Source: Candidatus Obscuribacterales bacterium (lineage in GTDB: Bacteria; Cyanobacteriota; Vampirovibrionia; Obscuribacterales; Obscuribacteraceae). From it: a stretch of 64,000 bases of DNA. The stretch is from contig CBDDIJ010000003.1 in NCBI GenBank assembly GCA_965228855.1, positions 3,360,001 through 3,424,000 on the forward strand, in the 5' to 3' direction. Below, in pieces: positions 41,370 to 50,827 of the stretch. The notes beneath the pieces are model-generated. The model did no database searches, was not told the origin of the DNA, and was given only the letters and a program-made list of their open reading frames with translations. Position 1 is the first letter of the stretch. Each line of letters starts with the position of its first letter. Made by a program: the position numbers and the translations under genes.

Positions 41370-42377
41370 TTATTTCATGATGTCATCAAGAAAGGTTCCA
41401 GAACCGGATGCTGGAGAAATTCTGATTTGCCGCTTAGACATCTCGTAGAAATTTTTGAGATTATCGTCGAGTTTTGATTCGACTCCGAGACGTTCTCTCA
41501 GTGCCGAAGTTGTCCTCCAGCTAGCAACGTCCTTTGCGGTAATACCAGCCGCATTTTCATGAAAGGTCATTCGGAATCTACCCAATCCTATATTTCGGAT
41601 TGCACCGTCAGCAGTATCAAAGCTTGTCAGCAACGAATGGTTGGCGATCATACTGTTAAACATCTGACGCTCTCCGGGGTCGGACGCCTTTGCGGACTCA
41701 CGTTGCAGGTCAGAGATTTTCAGACCAGAGTTAACCGATGGATCGTCCAGATCGGAGAAGTGCTTATCCAGATATTTCATCTCCGAGTCAGCGACACTCT
41801 TGGAACGAAGTTCGTTAAGATTGACACCAATCTCCCTGAGCTCTCGGCGAGATAAGCCTGGGAAACCATCACCTGATTTGGGCAGCTCAGACATATGCTG
41901 GCTCAAGTACGAAAGTATTGCTTTCTCTAGCGGCCCCGCATCTTGGCGGCTTTGTGCATAAGACTCAAATTGCAGAGCAGTGAGACCGTCATTGTCGGTA
42001 ATCTGATCAAAACGGTCCGTCAAATATCCTACCGAGGCGAAAGGCAACGCGGCTTTCGTCAGCGGACTGTCAGCTATTTCTTGAGACGTCTTATCGTCGA
42101 GAAAAAACGTTTTGTTGAAGTAGGGTTGGTCCGGGTAGCGTTCAAATCCGTTTATCGATCTGATGTTCTGAACTCTTCGAATTTCTTCCGGCGTTGTAGG
42201 ATTTTCTCCCAGGTAGATCAAACCGCTCGCCAACCGGTGGCTACCGCCACTCTGCGAATCTTCGTACAGGCTCAAAGAAACTCTAAGCGCCAGATCCGTA
42301 GTTGTTCCATTGTCACCGTTCGAGCCATCTGAAACGTTTTCAGCTTTTCGATGAGCTAACATATCCGGACCAGTCAT
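41370..42377 (-). CDS. Hypothetical protein with degenerate EF-hand-like repeats
   Basis: Repeated G[LI][ST]xx[DE][LV]-type segments (DGLTALQF, PGLSRREL, SGLKISDL, AGITAKDV). Confidence 0.72.
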   Translation of the reverse strand: MTGPDMLAHRKAENVSDGSNGDNGTTTDLALRVSLSLYEDSQSGGSHRLASGLIYLGENPTTPEEIRRVQNIRSINGFERYPDQPYFNKTFFLDDKTSQEIADSPLTKAALPFASVGYLTDRFDQITDNDGLTALQFESYAQSRQDAGPLEKAILSYLSQHMSELPKSGDGFPGLSRRELREIGVNLNELRSKSVADSEMKYLDKHFSDLDDPSVNSGLKISDLQRESAKASDPGERQMFNSMIANHSLLTSFDTADGAIRNIGLGRFRMTFHENAAGITAKDVASWRTTSALRERLGVESKLDDNLKNFYEMSKRQIRISPASGSGTFLDDIMK

Positions 42378-42405
42378 AGCACGCCCCTCACGCCCTAACG
42401 ATCAC

Positions 42406-42437
42406 ATGATACGTGCGTGAAGTCACCGCAGCGTGAC
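42406..42437 (-). promoter_or_regulatory. GTCAC-N6-GTGAC box plus -10 element
   Basis: Minus strand GTCAC GCTGCG GTGAC, then 10 nt, then TATCAT, about 30 nt upstream of ATG 42377. Confidence 0.55.
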
Positions 42438-42570
42438 TGCGGGAACTACGAAAACAGTCCAGCAATCACCGTTTCGAAAGACGATTGCGACAAACGTCAG
42501 CTTTAATTTACGATGATTTTTTTCCTGCGATATTCGGAATTGCAGTAGATTTGAAACTTAACGAGCTCGA

Positions 42571-43857
42571 TTAGCCCATGTAGCGAAAATGCCATGGATC
42601 ACCTTTAATTTGTCCGTTACCATCGCCGTGAACGAAGCCGGCAGCAAGCAAATATGGTTTGGCTTTACTGTAGTTTCGAACGTCAATCGCCTCACCGGTT
42701 TCATGATTCGATGTGCCGGGTTTCGCCACTGGACTCTTGCCTTTCAATTCGCGGTAAAGTTGCGCTTGCTCCTGGTACGAGCGCCCAGCTGATGAAACAT
42801 CGATCTTGACGCCATCTCGAGCGGCTAGTTGCTCGGCATAAGCGAATGCCTGTGTGGCCTCTGGAGTGAGGCGCATGCTCGCAAGTTCCGGGTCTGCGTA
42901 GCGCTGGTAGTCAGACTGCGAATAGCGCTGTTGTTGCGGCTGGTAGTCATAGCTGTAACCGTGGCGATGTTGATGGCGACCGCGGTTTTGGTTTTGCGAA
43001 TAGTCGCCTTGATTGCTAAAACGATGGTGACCTGGAGAAGTCCATCCGTTCTGTTGCTGTATGCGGGCGCGATATTCCTGTTGCATCTGCCACCGATCTT
43101 GCGGCGACATTTGATACTGCGTATTGCGTTGTTGCTGTAGCCATGCCAGTTCTTGCTGGCGCTGGTAGGCTAGCTCTTGCTGTTGGCGCTGCCAGGTGTA
43201 GTCCTGGGGTTGCTGGTAGTCATAGCGTTGTTGTTGATTACGATAGTCCTGGGTTTGCCAGTAGCCACCATAATTACGAGTCTGATTGTAGGCTTGCTGC
43301 CACTGGTCTTGCGCCAGATACCTTGGATCTTGCTGATAGTAGCGAGAGTCCTGCTGGTAGTAGCGCGAATCTTGCTGGTAGTAGCGCGGGTCCTGCCGGT
43401 AGTAGCGTGGATCCTGTTGGTAGTAGCGTGGATCCTGCTGGTAATAGCGCGGGTCCTGCCCCTGCCAATTGCGCTGGCCGCCACGATAATAATCACCGCC
43501 GTTTTGACTTGAAATTATGACCGCAATACCTTCGCTGGAGCATGGCTGCCTGTAAGTATTGTAGCCATCGCTTACGTTTTGATAGTCAACCGCACGAACT
43601 CTCGTGATGGTCTCACCGTTGCGTCCGTAGCTGCGCTGCGCTTCGACGTCAGAGCCGCGTCCTTTCTGCTCGTAATTATCTACCAGCGCGATGAGCTGTT
43701 TCTGCGCATCGGGGTAACCTTGCATCTGGAGTAAGTCTTGTTGCAGTCGCTGAACCGCAGAGTGCGCGTTGCCGTAATCCATCTCTTGAGCGATGAACTG
43801 GGCTTCTTGCACGAGCGGGTTTTGCCGCGATTGCGGTTGATACCGTTCGTATGTCAT
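42571..43857 (-). CDS. Q/Y-rich protein with C-terminal M15 (VanY-like D-Ala-D-Ala) metallopeptidase
   Basis: RSYQEQ...AKPGTSNHETGEAIDV...DPWHF. Confidence 0.88.
   Translation of the reverse strand: MTYERYQPQSRQNPLVQEAQFIAQEMDYGNAHSAVQRLQQDLLQMQGYPDAQKQLIALVDNYEQKGRGSDVEAQRSYGRNGETITRVRAVDYQNVSDGYNTYRQPCSSEGIAVIISSQNGGDYYRGGQRNWQGQDPRYYQQDPRYYQQDPRYYRQDPRYYQQDSRYYQQDSRYYQQDPRYLAQDQWQQAYNQTRNYGGYWQTQDYRNQQQRYDYQQPQDYTWQRQQQELAYQRQQELAWLQQQRNTQYQMSPQDRWQMQQEYRARIQQQNGWTSPGHHRFSNQGDYSQNQNRGRHQHRHGYSYDYQPQQQRYSQSDYQRYADPELASMRLTPEATQAFAYAEQLAARDGVKIDVSSAGRSYQEQAQLYRELKGKSPVAKPGTSNHETGEAIDVRNYSKAKPYLLAAGFVHGDGNGQIKGDPWHFRYMG
43312..43458 (-). repeat. 21-bp coding tandem repeat x7 (QDPRYYQ)
   Basis: Visible in both the DNA and the translation. 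Confidence 0.9.
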
Positions 43858-44047
43858 TTTTTCAGTTAAGTGCAGCGTTAAGGCTTTAAATAGCGACCTC
43901 TATTCTACGAAAACCAGCAACGATGTCACTTGGGGAAATTACGATATTGCCGAATATTTTTTCCTTAAACCATTGGCGCGCAGGAGTTCACGGAAGACCA
44001 TGCCACCGCGCCTCAGGCGCCTTGAACTTTCGAAGCCTGACGGGAGG

Positions 44048-44734
44048 CTACTTATAGGACTTGCAAGTCTGCTCCGCAATTTCCATGATGCGTTTGCAGC
44101 GTTCCTCGGCATCGCGATTGATTTCCGCCTCACGGTCGTCACTTATATCGTATTTCACAGATCCGTCCGAATGCCTAAACTGTTGGTTGGAATTCTGTTG
44201 CTCATTCTTAATTTGCTCCGCAGCCTGACTGCGAATCGCAGCACACTCTGCGCGAGCTTTGGACATAATCTCGTCCCGCCGCTTAGCGCTACCAGCAGAG
44301 GCTTTAGCGGCCTCGGCAGCCGCAGGGCTGTATGCGGCACTCGAAGAACTGGAAGAAGATCCACTTGAGCCACTACGTGCGGTACCAGTTGCTGAACTAC
44401 CGGCAAGCATTTTATTCACGCGCTCCAGGCCCTCGCGGCATCGACGCCCGATCTCCGGGTTAGTCGTAATCTTAGAAGCGGTGGTAAACTCGGTTCGCGC
44501 GCCCTGCAAATCTCCCGTAGCCATCATCGTACTAGCCAGGTAGAAGTGAGCCTGCCATGACATTGGAGAGTTGCGCGCCGCAGTTTCGAAATGAGGTTTG
44601 GCGCCTCTGTAATCTTTGGCGTTATAAAGTTTGATCCCATCTTCTAAACTCCCGGCATGTGCTGATTGAACCGATGATGCGATACAAAAAACGAGCGCAA
44701 GGTTAGCGCTGAAAACACCAAATTTTGTCTTCAT
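44048..44734 (-). CDS. Secreted TPR protein
   Basis: Signal peptide ending AHA, TPR pair, Ser-rich linker and helical C-terminus. Confidence 0.82.
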   Translation of the reverse strand: MKTKFGVFSANLALVFCIASSVQSAHAGSLEDGIKLYNAKDYRGAKPHFETAARNSPMSWQAHFYLASTMMATGDLQGARTEFTTASKITTNPEIGRRCREGLERVNKMLAGSSATGTARSGSSGSSSSSSSAAYSPAAAEAAKASAGSAKRRDEIMSKARAECAAIRSQAAEQIKNEQQNSNQQFRHSDGSVKYDISDDREAEINRDAEERCKRIMEIAEQTCKSYK

Positions 44735-44895
44735 CTAAGAGCTCCGGAAGTAGAATCTGAGTTCATATATACCATGAGGCATTGAAGTCAAACAGCTGTG
44801 CCGATTCGGATTATCACCGAACTCGAAGCGAAACTCTTTAATCGCCTGAATCAAACTGGTTCAAACGAGCGCGTGCTCTTCCCGGGCGCATCGAC

Positions 44896-46152
44896 TCAAG
44901 CGATGTTGTACTGGCGTTGCGGAGTTCGCAGTATAGTGCGCACAACGGTCACATCATCGGTTTCCGCTAGCTTTAGCATAACTTTAGTGGTTTCGTCAGC
45001 AGCATCGAGCTGTTCGAGACAGAGCTGAGTTACGGCCAGTGTGTCCAGATCACTTAAGGCACACCGTACCGAAGTTTGTTCAGGCAATCGACGATAAACT
45101 TTTCGAACATGAGCGGACATCATTATTAATGGCATAAGCAAGCGCAAGAACACTATGCCTGGAAGAGCCAGCAATCCCATTGTCCATAGAGCATATGGCT
45201 CCGCAGGTCCTCGATGGTGTGGTCCTCTAAGCGTCGTATAGTGACGGTCATGAATGCCCATCATTCGTCCCACGGAATATATCGAACGATAATTCCGCCG
45301 GCGCACCATGGGCTCCATATGTGATACCGTCGATAGTGCCTCTGAAAAATAGCTGTAACTGTCAGCTCGATCGCCCATCAAATGATTGCAATATGACAGT
45401 TGGGCGAGCGTATCTATGTATCCTGCAGATGCACCAAAATCGCGATAAATATCGAGAGCATTCAAATATCGGCTCTCTGCGTAATAGACTGCTTCAGCGG
45501 CTTCCGGGGAACCGAATGGAGATGTGCGCATAAGCTTCAAGGAATTGTCGCCTAGCTGCTTGAACCGCCGCGCCATTTGTCGGCTATCAAATCCATAAAC
45601 ATTAGCGATTGCATCGTTAACCGCGCGTGTCTTCTCGCTTTCATAACGACCAGGAGTGAGCGGCTCAACGTCTCGTTCGTTATCGAATAAGCCGACTAGC
45701 GTCTCGTCATTCCAGGAAGTAGAAACGCGAACAGCCTTTGAAATTCGCTCGCCAGTCTCGTACGCGCCAAGACTACAGGCTGTAAACGCAAGGTGCTGGC
45801 CGGCAGTCCAGTACAAGCCATAAACAGGAATAGCCGTCACTGTCAGTACGATGGCCACAAGCATAAAGTCGGCCATGCGAATTAGTGGATTGGATAATCC
45901 CAGATGCTCTCTGGCTATGACTCGGAAAGTCTCCTTCCATTGAGCTTTTCGTCCCAAGCACATTCGACCGACGGCCTGCGGAAGGAGACTGAATAATCCT
46001 GCCAGAGTCGCAGTTATCACAACGTAAGTACAACCCGAAAACGCTCCAATAATTCCTTTCTGCAAATAAAGGAATGGAATTGCCGTCGTCGAAACGGCGA
46101 ACCAGCTGAAAAGCCAGACATAAGAGCAGCGAACCAGCAAGCTCGTGATCAT
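44896..46152 (-). CDS. Hypothetical membrane protein with TPR-like region
   Basis: Several TM segments flanking a helical-repeat domain. Confidence 0.72.
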   Translation of the reverse strand: MITSLLVRCSYVWLFSWFAVSTTAIPFLYLQKGIIGAFSGCTYVVITATLAGLFSLLPQAVGRMCLGRKAQWKETFRVIAREHLGLSNPLIRMADFMLVAIVLTVTAIPVYGLYWTAGQHLAFTACSLGAYETGERISKAVRVSTSWNDETLVGLFDNERDVEPLTPGRYESEKTRAVNDAIANVYGFDSRQMARRFKQLGDNSLKLMRTSPFGSPEAAEAVYYAESRYLNALDIYRDFGASAGYIDTLAQLSYCNHLMGDRADSYSYFSEALSTVSHMEPMVRRRNYRSIYSVGRMMGIHDRHYTTLRGPHHRGPAEPYALWTMGLLALPGIVFLRLLMPLIMMSAHVRKVYRRLPEQTSVRCALSDLDTLAVTQLCLEQLDAADETTKVMLKLAETDDVTVVRTILRTPQRQYNIA

Positions 46153-46377
46153 AAGTTATCCCATGCGAGGCGCGACGCGCGCTGAAGTTTCTATTGTAAG
46201 CCCATTAACGAAGACGCACAACCCCTCAAAAGCCGCGCTGAAAGCCAGCGGAAGAAGTTTAAATCCGTCATTGCTGACGCCCGAAACTAGTTGCCCTGAT
46301 TCATCGGAGGCTTCATCCTAAATAGACCTGTCAGACGAGTCGGATGGAATGTCTCCTCTCCTTATCCAGGAATCTAA

Positions 46378-47745
46378 ATGAAACTCGAGCTTCTAAAGTC
46401 CTCTCTCCGTTTACGGGCGAACATGTGCCTGTGCGCGAGCATCAGCCTAACCGTTCAAGTCGCAGCACAATCAGCCGCGCAAGCCGCACCGCACTCAGCC
46501 GCAGCGACGCAATCGGCGGCTCAAGCCGAGTCGCAATCAGCAGGCCAAGTCGCGGCGCAATCAGCAGCCACGACGCAATCGACCGGTCAAGCCGAGCCCC
46601 ACTCAGCCGCAGCGAAGAATGATGTGCCACCTGGGACCTTACAGGTTAAAACCGTTCTCGACGACAAAAACGTTGAACTCTACTCGCCCCGGTTCATTCC
46701 TAAATCAGACAACCTGGTGATCGTCAGAAAGGCACACGAGCCCGATTATCACGAAGCCGAAGCGTTCTCCAGCAAGGAGTTGGAAAAGGGCAGAAATCAG
46801 AAAGATACGAATCCACGCTGGGCGGACCCTGAAATTACGGTGATCTCAAACAATGGCTCAGCACGCAAAATCATCGACTACGGCTGGTGTCCCGAACCCA
46901 ATGCCAACGGAAACAGAATCTATTACATTCATCAGCTCAAGCCAATCAGCGGCTTAAGAGTGCTAGCCGAAAACCAGAAGGGCAACGAGTTGTACTCATA
47001 TGCCATCACAGACGGCAAGAAGCAGCTGCTTGTAACTCCAAGCCTTGGTTACATCGATAGTCCTATGCCGCACCCTACTGAGGATAAAGTTGCATACGAG
47101 ATCAGCGACAACACCAACGGCGCATATGGCGGAGCCGTCGGTATCGGAGTCTTCGAAGAGTCCAGCGGAAAGGCGCTCACTTTGCTGGAACCGGCGAAAC
47201 ACTTCAAACTCTATGATCTTGTAGGACCTACGTCATGGATTCAATCCAATCTCGTGACCTTGCGCAAGACACCGCAAGAAGGGGGCACCTGGCTCGCAGA
47301 CTCATACAAGTGGGATATTCTGCGGCTGGCAAACGGAACACAAACTTCTATTTACGCCAGAGAACAGCCAATCAAGATTCACGAGAAAATACTTCGCGTC
47401 GGCACTACACCTGACGGCAATATTGAACTGATTGACGACGACAATCTCATCAAACTCAGCATTGATGGAAATGTCATTGAATCAGTTCCCTTGCCAGAGA
47501 CACGAGGTTTGTCGAGTCCGAATAACAAACTAGAAGCAATTCTCACAGAGGACGATGCCGTCGAGGTCACCGTCATAGCAACGGGGAAAAGGTACAAGCA
47601 AAAACTTCACGGTCAAGTTCAGACTTTAGAATGGTCACCGGACTCTAAACAGCTCGCAGCCGTCGTCACAAAGAACAAGACAAAGAGCGGCATGGACGTT
47701 TTCGACCGCGATTGCCTGATGTTGATTTCAATGCCGGAAAAATAA
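46378..47745 (+). CDS. Secreted TolB-like beta-propeller protein
   Basis: Signal-like N-terminus, Ala/Gln/Ser repeats, and WSPDSK / SPNNK blade motifs. Confidence 0.8.
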   Translation: MKLELLKSSLRLRANMCLCASISLTVQVAAQSAAQAAPHSAAATQSAAQAESQSAGQVAAQSAATTQSTGQAEPHSAAAKNDVPPGTLQVKTVLDDKNVELYSPRFIPKSDNLVIVRKAHEPDYHEAEAFSSKELEKGRNQKDTNPRWADPEITVISNNGSARKIIDYGWCPEPNANGNRIYYIHQLKPISGLRVLAENQKGNELYSYAITDGKKQLLVTPSLGYIDSPMPHPTEDKVAYEISDNTNGAYGGAVGIGVFEESSGKALTLLEPAKHFKLYDLVGPTSWIQSNLVTLRKTPQEGGTWLADSYKWDILRLANGTQTSIYAREQPIKIHEKILRVGTTPDGNIELIDDDNLIKLSIDGNVIESVPLPETRGLSSPNNKLEAILTEDDAVEVTVIATGKRYKQKLHGQVQTLEWSPDSKQLAAVVTKNKTKSGMDVFDRDCLMLISMPEK

Positions 47746-47967
47746 GCTGTCGACCTAGCCTGTAGCAATCGAACCACGCTGGAAGTGACTATGCTTCGGC
47801 AGTCGAGATAGGTCATGGCCGGCTGCGGTTGCTAAGACTGGGCTTAAGAAAAGTTCCGGTGAGCGGGCGAGAGTCACCCAGGTATGAACAACAGATCAGA
47901 TTCCCCGGTAAAACGGCAATAACAAATCACCAGCGTACGATCAACAGATTCCCCGATTAAGGAATAA

Positions 47968-48015
47968 ATTTCACCCGGGTAAAATTGTGGTATAGTAAAT
48001 TTACCCGGGTAAAAT
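47968..48015 (+). promoter_or_regulatory. Extended -10 promoter bracketed by two palindromic operators
   Basis: TTCACCCGGGTAAA at 47970-47983, TGgTATAGT at 47988-47996, TTTACCCGGGTAAA at 48000-48013. Confidence 0.8.
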
Positions 48016-48050
48016 ACTGCTAAATTAGGGAAGGTTGAAGGTGTAAGGAG

Positions 48051-48650
48051 ATGGAGATGCTTAGAAACAGATACTGCGCGGCTTTTGCGGCAGACAAACA
48101 TCAGATTGCCTCGGGCGATCTGCGCGAGGTGGCACGCGCAACCAAAGAATTCATAGATTCGAATCCCACTTCAAGCGTTCTAATTTTCGATGCAAACAGC
48201 GAACTCGTCGAAATTGACTTTCGAGGCTCCGCGGAAGACGTCCTAGAGCGAATTCGCAAAGCTCAAGGGCCGACGCCGGCGACCGAAAACGAGGTGAAGC
48301 CTGGTCCCGGGCGCCCGAAGTTGGGAGTGGTATCAAAGGAAGTGACACTGCTTCCTCGTCATTGGGAGTGGTTGGCTACTCAGCCAGGAGGCGCATCCGT
48401 AACTATCAGAAGGCTGGTAGATGCGGCCCGAAAGCAAGGCGAAGAGCCAGATCGCGTAAGAAGGACCAGAGAAATCGCATACAAGTTCATGTCAGCAATG
48501 GCAGGAAATGAGATCAATTTCGAAGAAGCTTCGCGCGCTCTTTTTGCGGGAGATGAGAAACGTCTCAAAGATCTGATAAAAGGCTGGCCGGTCGATCTTC
48601 GCAATCACATAGAGTCTTTGCTGGACACCACTAGCGGTGCCCATCCTTAA
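48051..48650 (+). CDS. DUF2239 family protein
   Basis: GRPKLGVVSKEVTLLPRHWEWL.QPGGASV and FEEASRALFA motifs. Confidence 0.92.
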   Translation: MEMLRNRYCAAFAADKHQIASGDLREVARATKEFIDSNPTSSVLIFDANSELVEIDFRGSAEDVLERIRKAQGPTPATENEVKPGPGRPKLGVVSKEVTLLPRHWEWLATQPGGASVTIRRLVDAARKQGEEPDRVRRTREIAYKFMSAMAGNEINFEEASRALFAGDEKRLKDLIKGWPVDLRNHIESLLDTTSGAHP

Positions 48651-48654
48651 AAGC

Positions 48655-48690
48655 TCAACCCGCGCTCTTCCTCCGAGGAGCACGGGTTGA
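48655..48690. terminator. Hairpin between convergent genes
   Basis: TCAACCCG.GCTC...GAGC.CGGGTTGA inverted repeat. Confidence 0.6.
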
Positions 48691-48713
48691 TCGATTCTCA
48701 ATGCTGTGAAAAC

Positions 48714-50435
48714 TTACCTTTGAAGCAGATTGTCCGCTCCTACGCCGCCGAGTACGACAGGTGCTGCGTCAGTTGCGCCGGTATCCGTCTTCGATGGCTT
48801 AATGCCAACATCGCCCCAGGCTTGCTCGAGTTTGGCGACGGCATCCGGGTGACCGAGACGCTTGGCCGATTCGACGGTTTCAAATGCGAATTGTGCAAAG
48901 CTGGGCGATGAACCTGCGGCCTTCCGTGCGTCGTACCAGATTTTCGCTGGTGTCTCATAGGCTTTTCCGCCCATGGCTTCCGCAAAGAGAGCGAATGCAC
49001 GGTTTGGAATTCCAGAGTTGTAGTGCACGCCGCCGTTGTCACCGCGGGTGTGATTGTAGTCCTTCATGTGCGCAGGCTGCGGGTCTTTACCGATCGCTGC
49101 ATCATCATATGCGGTACCAGGTTTCTTCATATCACGCAGAGCTCTGCCGTTCACGTTATCCTTCCAGATACCCTCACCGACAAGCCAGCTTGCTTCATTG
49201 GCGTTCTGCCCGCGAGCGCGCTGCTCGACCAGTGCTCCGCCTACATCTGAGATATGTTCGTTGAGTGCGCCAGGCTGATTGCGATAAACCAGTTTCGACT
49301 CGAACTCAGTCACACCGTGTGTGATCTCATGTCCGGTTATATCTCTCAGCACAAATGTTTTGAACGGGCTCTGAGTGCCGGGTTTGCCGTAGAACATGCC
49401 TTCGCCATCCCAGAATGCGTTTTCATAATTCTGACCATAGTTTGTGGTCGAGCGCATCTTCATGCCCTTTCCATCGATGGAATTTCGGCCGTGCACGTCA
49501 GTGTAGAAGCCTCTTACGTCGCCGGTAAAGTCGTAGACGTTATCAACGTCGGCGTTTCCGGTCTTTGCCTCGCCCTCGACACGCGCGCGAGTGCCTACGC
49601 TCTCAGTACCTTTCGCGTCAAAGACCTCTCGTGCACCTTTGTAGTCCACTTGAACAAAACCTTCTCCGGGCTGCTTCGGTTTGAGGTTAGCGGCAAGCGA
49701 CTCGGTCTTGTGAATTGTGTCCGTCCAGACCTTATCTTTGGTGTTTTTCGCCAGAGTCTCCAACAGATAAGGTGGAATGACACCGGCTCTGTGACCAGGC
49801 TCAAGTTTCATGAGAGGCGAACCGACACCAAGTTGCTCGAAGGCGGCCGTTCTTATTGTGGCATTCGCGCCATCATATTTAGTGTCAAGCTTTGCCCACT
49901 GATTATCCCGCCAGTTCACAAACGGTTCTGCCGCTTTCGTACTGAGAAGTCTTGCAGTCCCCATGGAGCCTAGCTTGGCACCAATACCACCTTCCACTGC
50001 AGCGACCGGCAATCCGCCGACCATATCACCAAGATGTGTGGACGCGAGATCCATTTGAAGCATGTTCGTCGCTGTTCCAGCCTGCCAATAGGACTCGACT
50101 AGCGGTTTTCCTACGAACCAGGCACCCAGCGCACCAGCCGCGACTTTTCCAGCGGGTCCGGTAGCCGGCAAGAATGCTTTGGTCGCAACACCAATAGTGG
50201 CGCCAATTGCCAGGTTCGGCATGATATTTCTGGGATCGAGAGAGTGCACGAAGCCGTCCGGCACCTTCTTGATGCCATTGACGGTGTTATCCCAGAGGCG
50301 GTCGCTGAGCGCCGAGGGCGCAGGAGCGAGGGCATCCGCCAGTAGATGTTGCCTGGACTCGTTACTTACCTGATGATCAATAATTTCTTGTACGCGCGCG
50401 GCTTTGGAGCCGTCTCCGGCATCGTTTTGTCCCAT
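48714..50435 (-). CDS. Protealysin-like M4 metallopeptidase with long N-terminal Gly/Ala-rich extension
   Basis: IPPYLL propeptide motif, NAFWDG, HEITH, GALNEHISD and GVHYNSG; GGAG RBS before ATG 50435. Confidence 0.9.
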   Translation of the reverse strand: MGQNDAGDGSKAARVQEIIDHQVSNESRQHLLADALAPAPSALSDRLWDNTVNGIKKVPDGFVHSLDPRNIMPNLAIGATIGVATKAFLPATGPAGKVAAGALGAWFVGKPLVESYWQAGTATNMLQMDLASTHLGDMVGGLPVAAVEGGIGAKLGSMGTARLLSTKAAEPFVNWRDNQWAKLDTKYDGANATIRTAAFEQLGVGSPLMKLEPGHRAGVIPPYLLETLAKNTKDKVWTDTIHKTESLAANLKPKQPGEGFVQVDYKGAREVFDAKGTESVGTRARVEGEAKTGNADVDNVYDFTGDVRGFYTDVHGRNSIDGKGMKMRSTTNYGQNYENAFWDGEGMFYGKPGTQSPFKTFVLRDITGHEITHGVTEFESKLVYRNQPGALNEHISDVGGALVEQRARGQNANEASWLVGEGIWKDNVNGRALRDMKKPGTAYDDAAIGKDPQPAHMKDYNHTRGDNGGVHYNSGIPNRAFALFAEAMGGKAYETPAKIWYDARKAAGSSPSFAQFAFETVESAKRLGHPDAVAKLEQAWGDVGIKPSKTDTGATDAAPVVLGGVGADNLLQR

Positions 50436-50827
50436 GTTTAGCATCTCCGCAAAGGCTTTATAGACGCGACAGGCTCGAACGACCACAAACCAGGGTGCCT
50501 GTCGTTTGATTTCGTATTCATTAGCGCCACCGATTGCAGAATACGATACGTTACGAGACATGTCGAGTGGTGGAATTACGTTTAACACATTAATCCTCAA
50601 AACCCTGTACTAGCAAGAGTTTTCGCCGTTGTGATATTGTCAAAATTCTCCGTACAATGGAGCTGATCACAAGTCCCACACAAGTTCTCGCTAGTTCAAA
50701 AGAACTATCCCGGTGACACAGACTATTGCAATCACTGCGGATTCATTTAAACTCGACCGATGATTTCCAGAACCCGGCCGACACGGCCAAACAAAATGAA
50801 TCACGCATTCATATATACAAAAGGATA

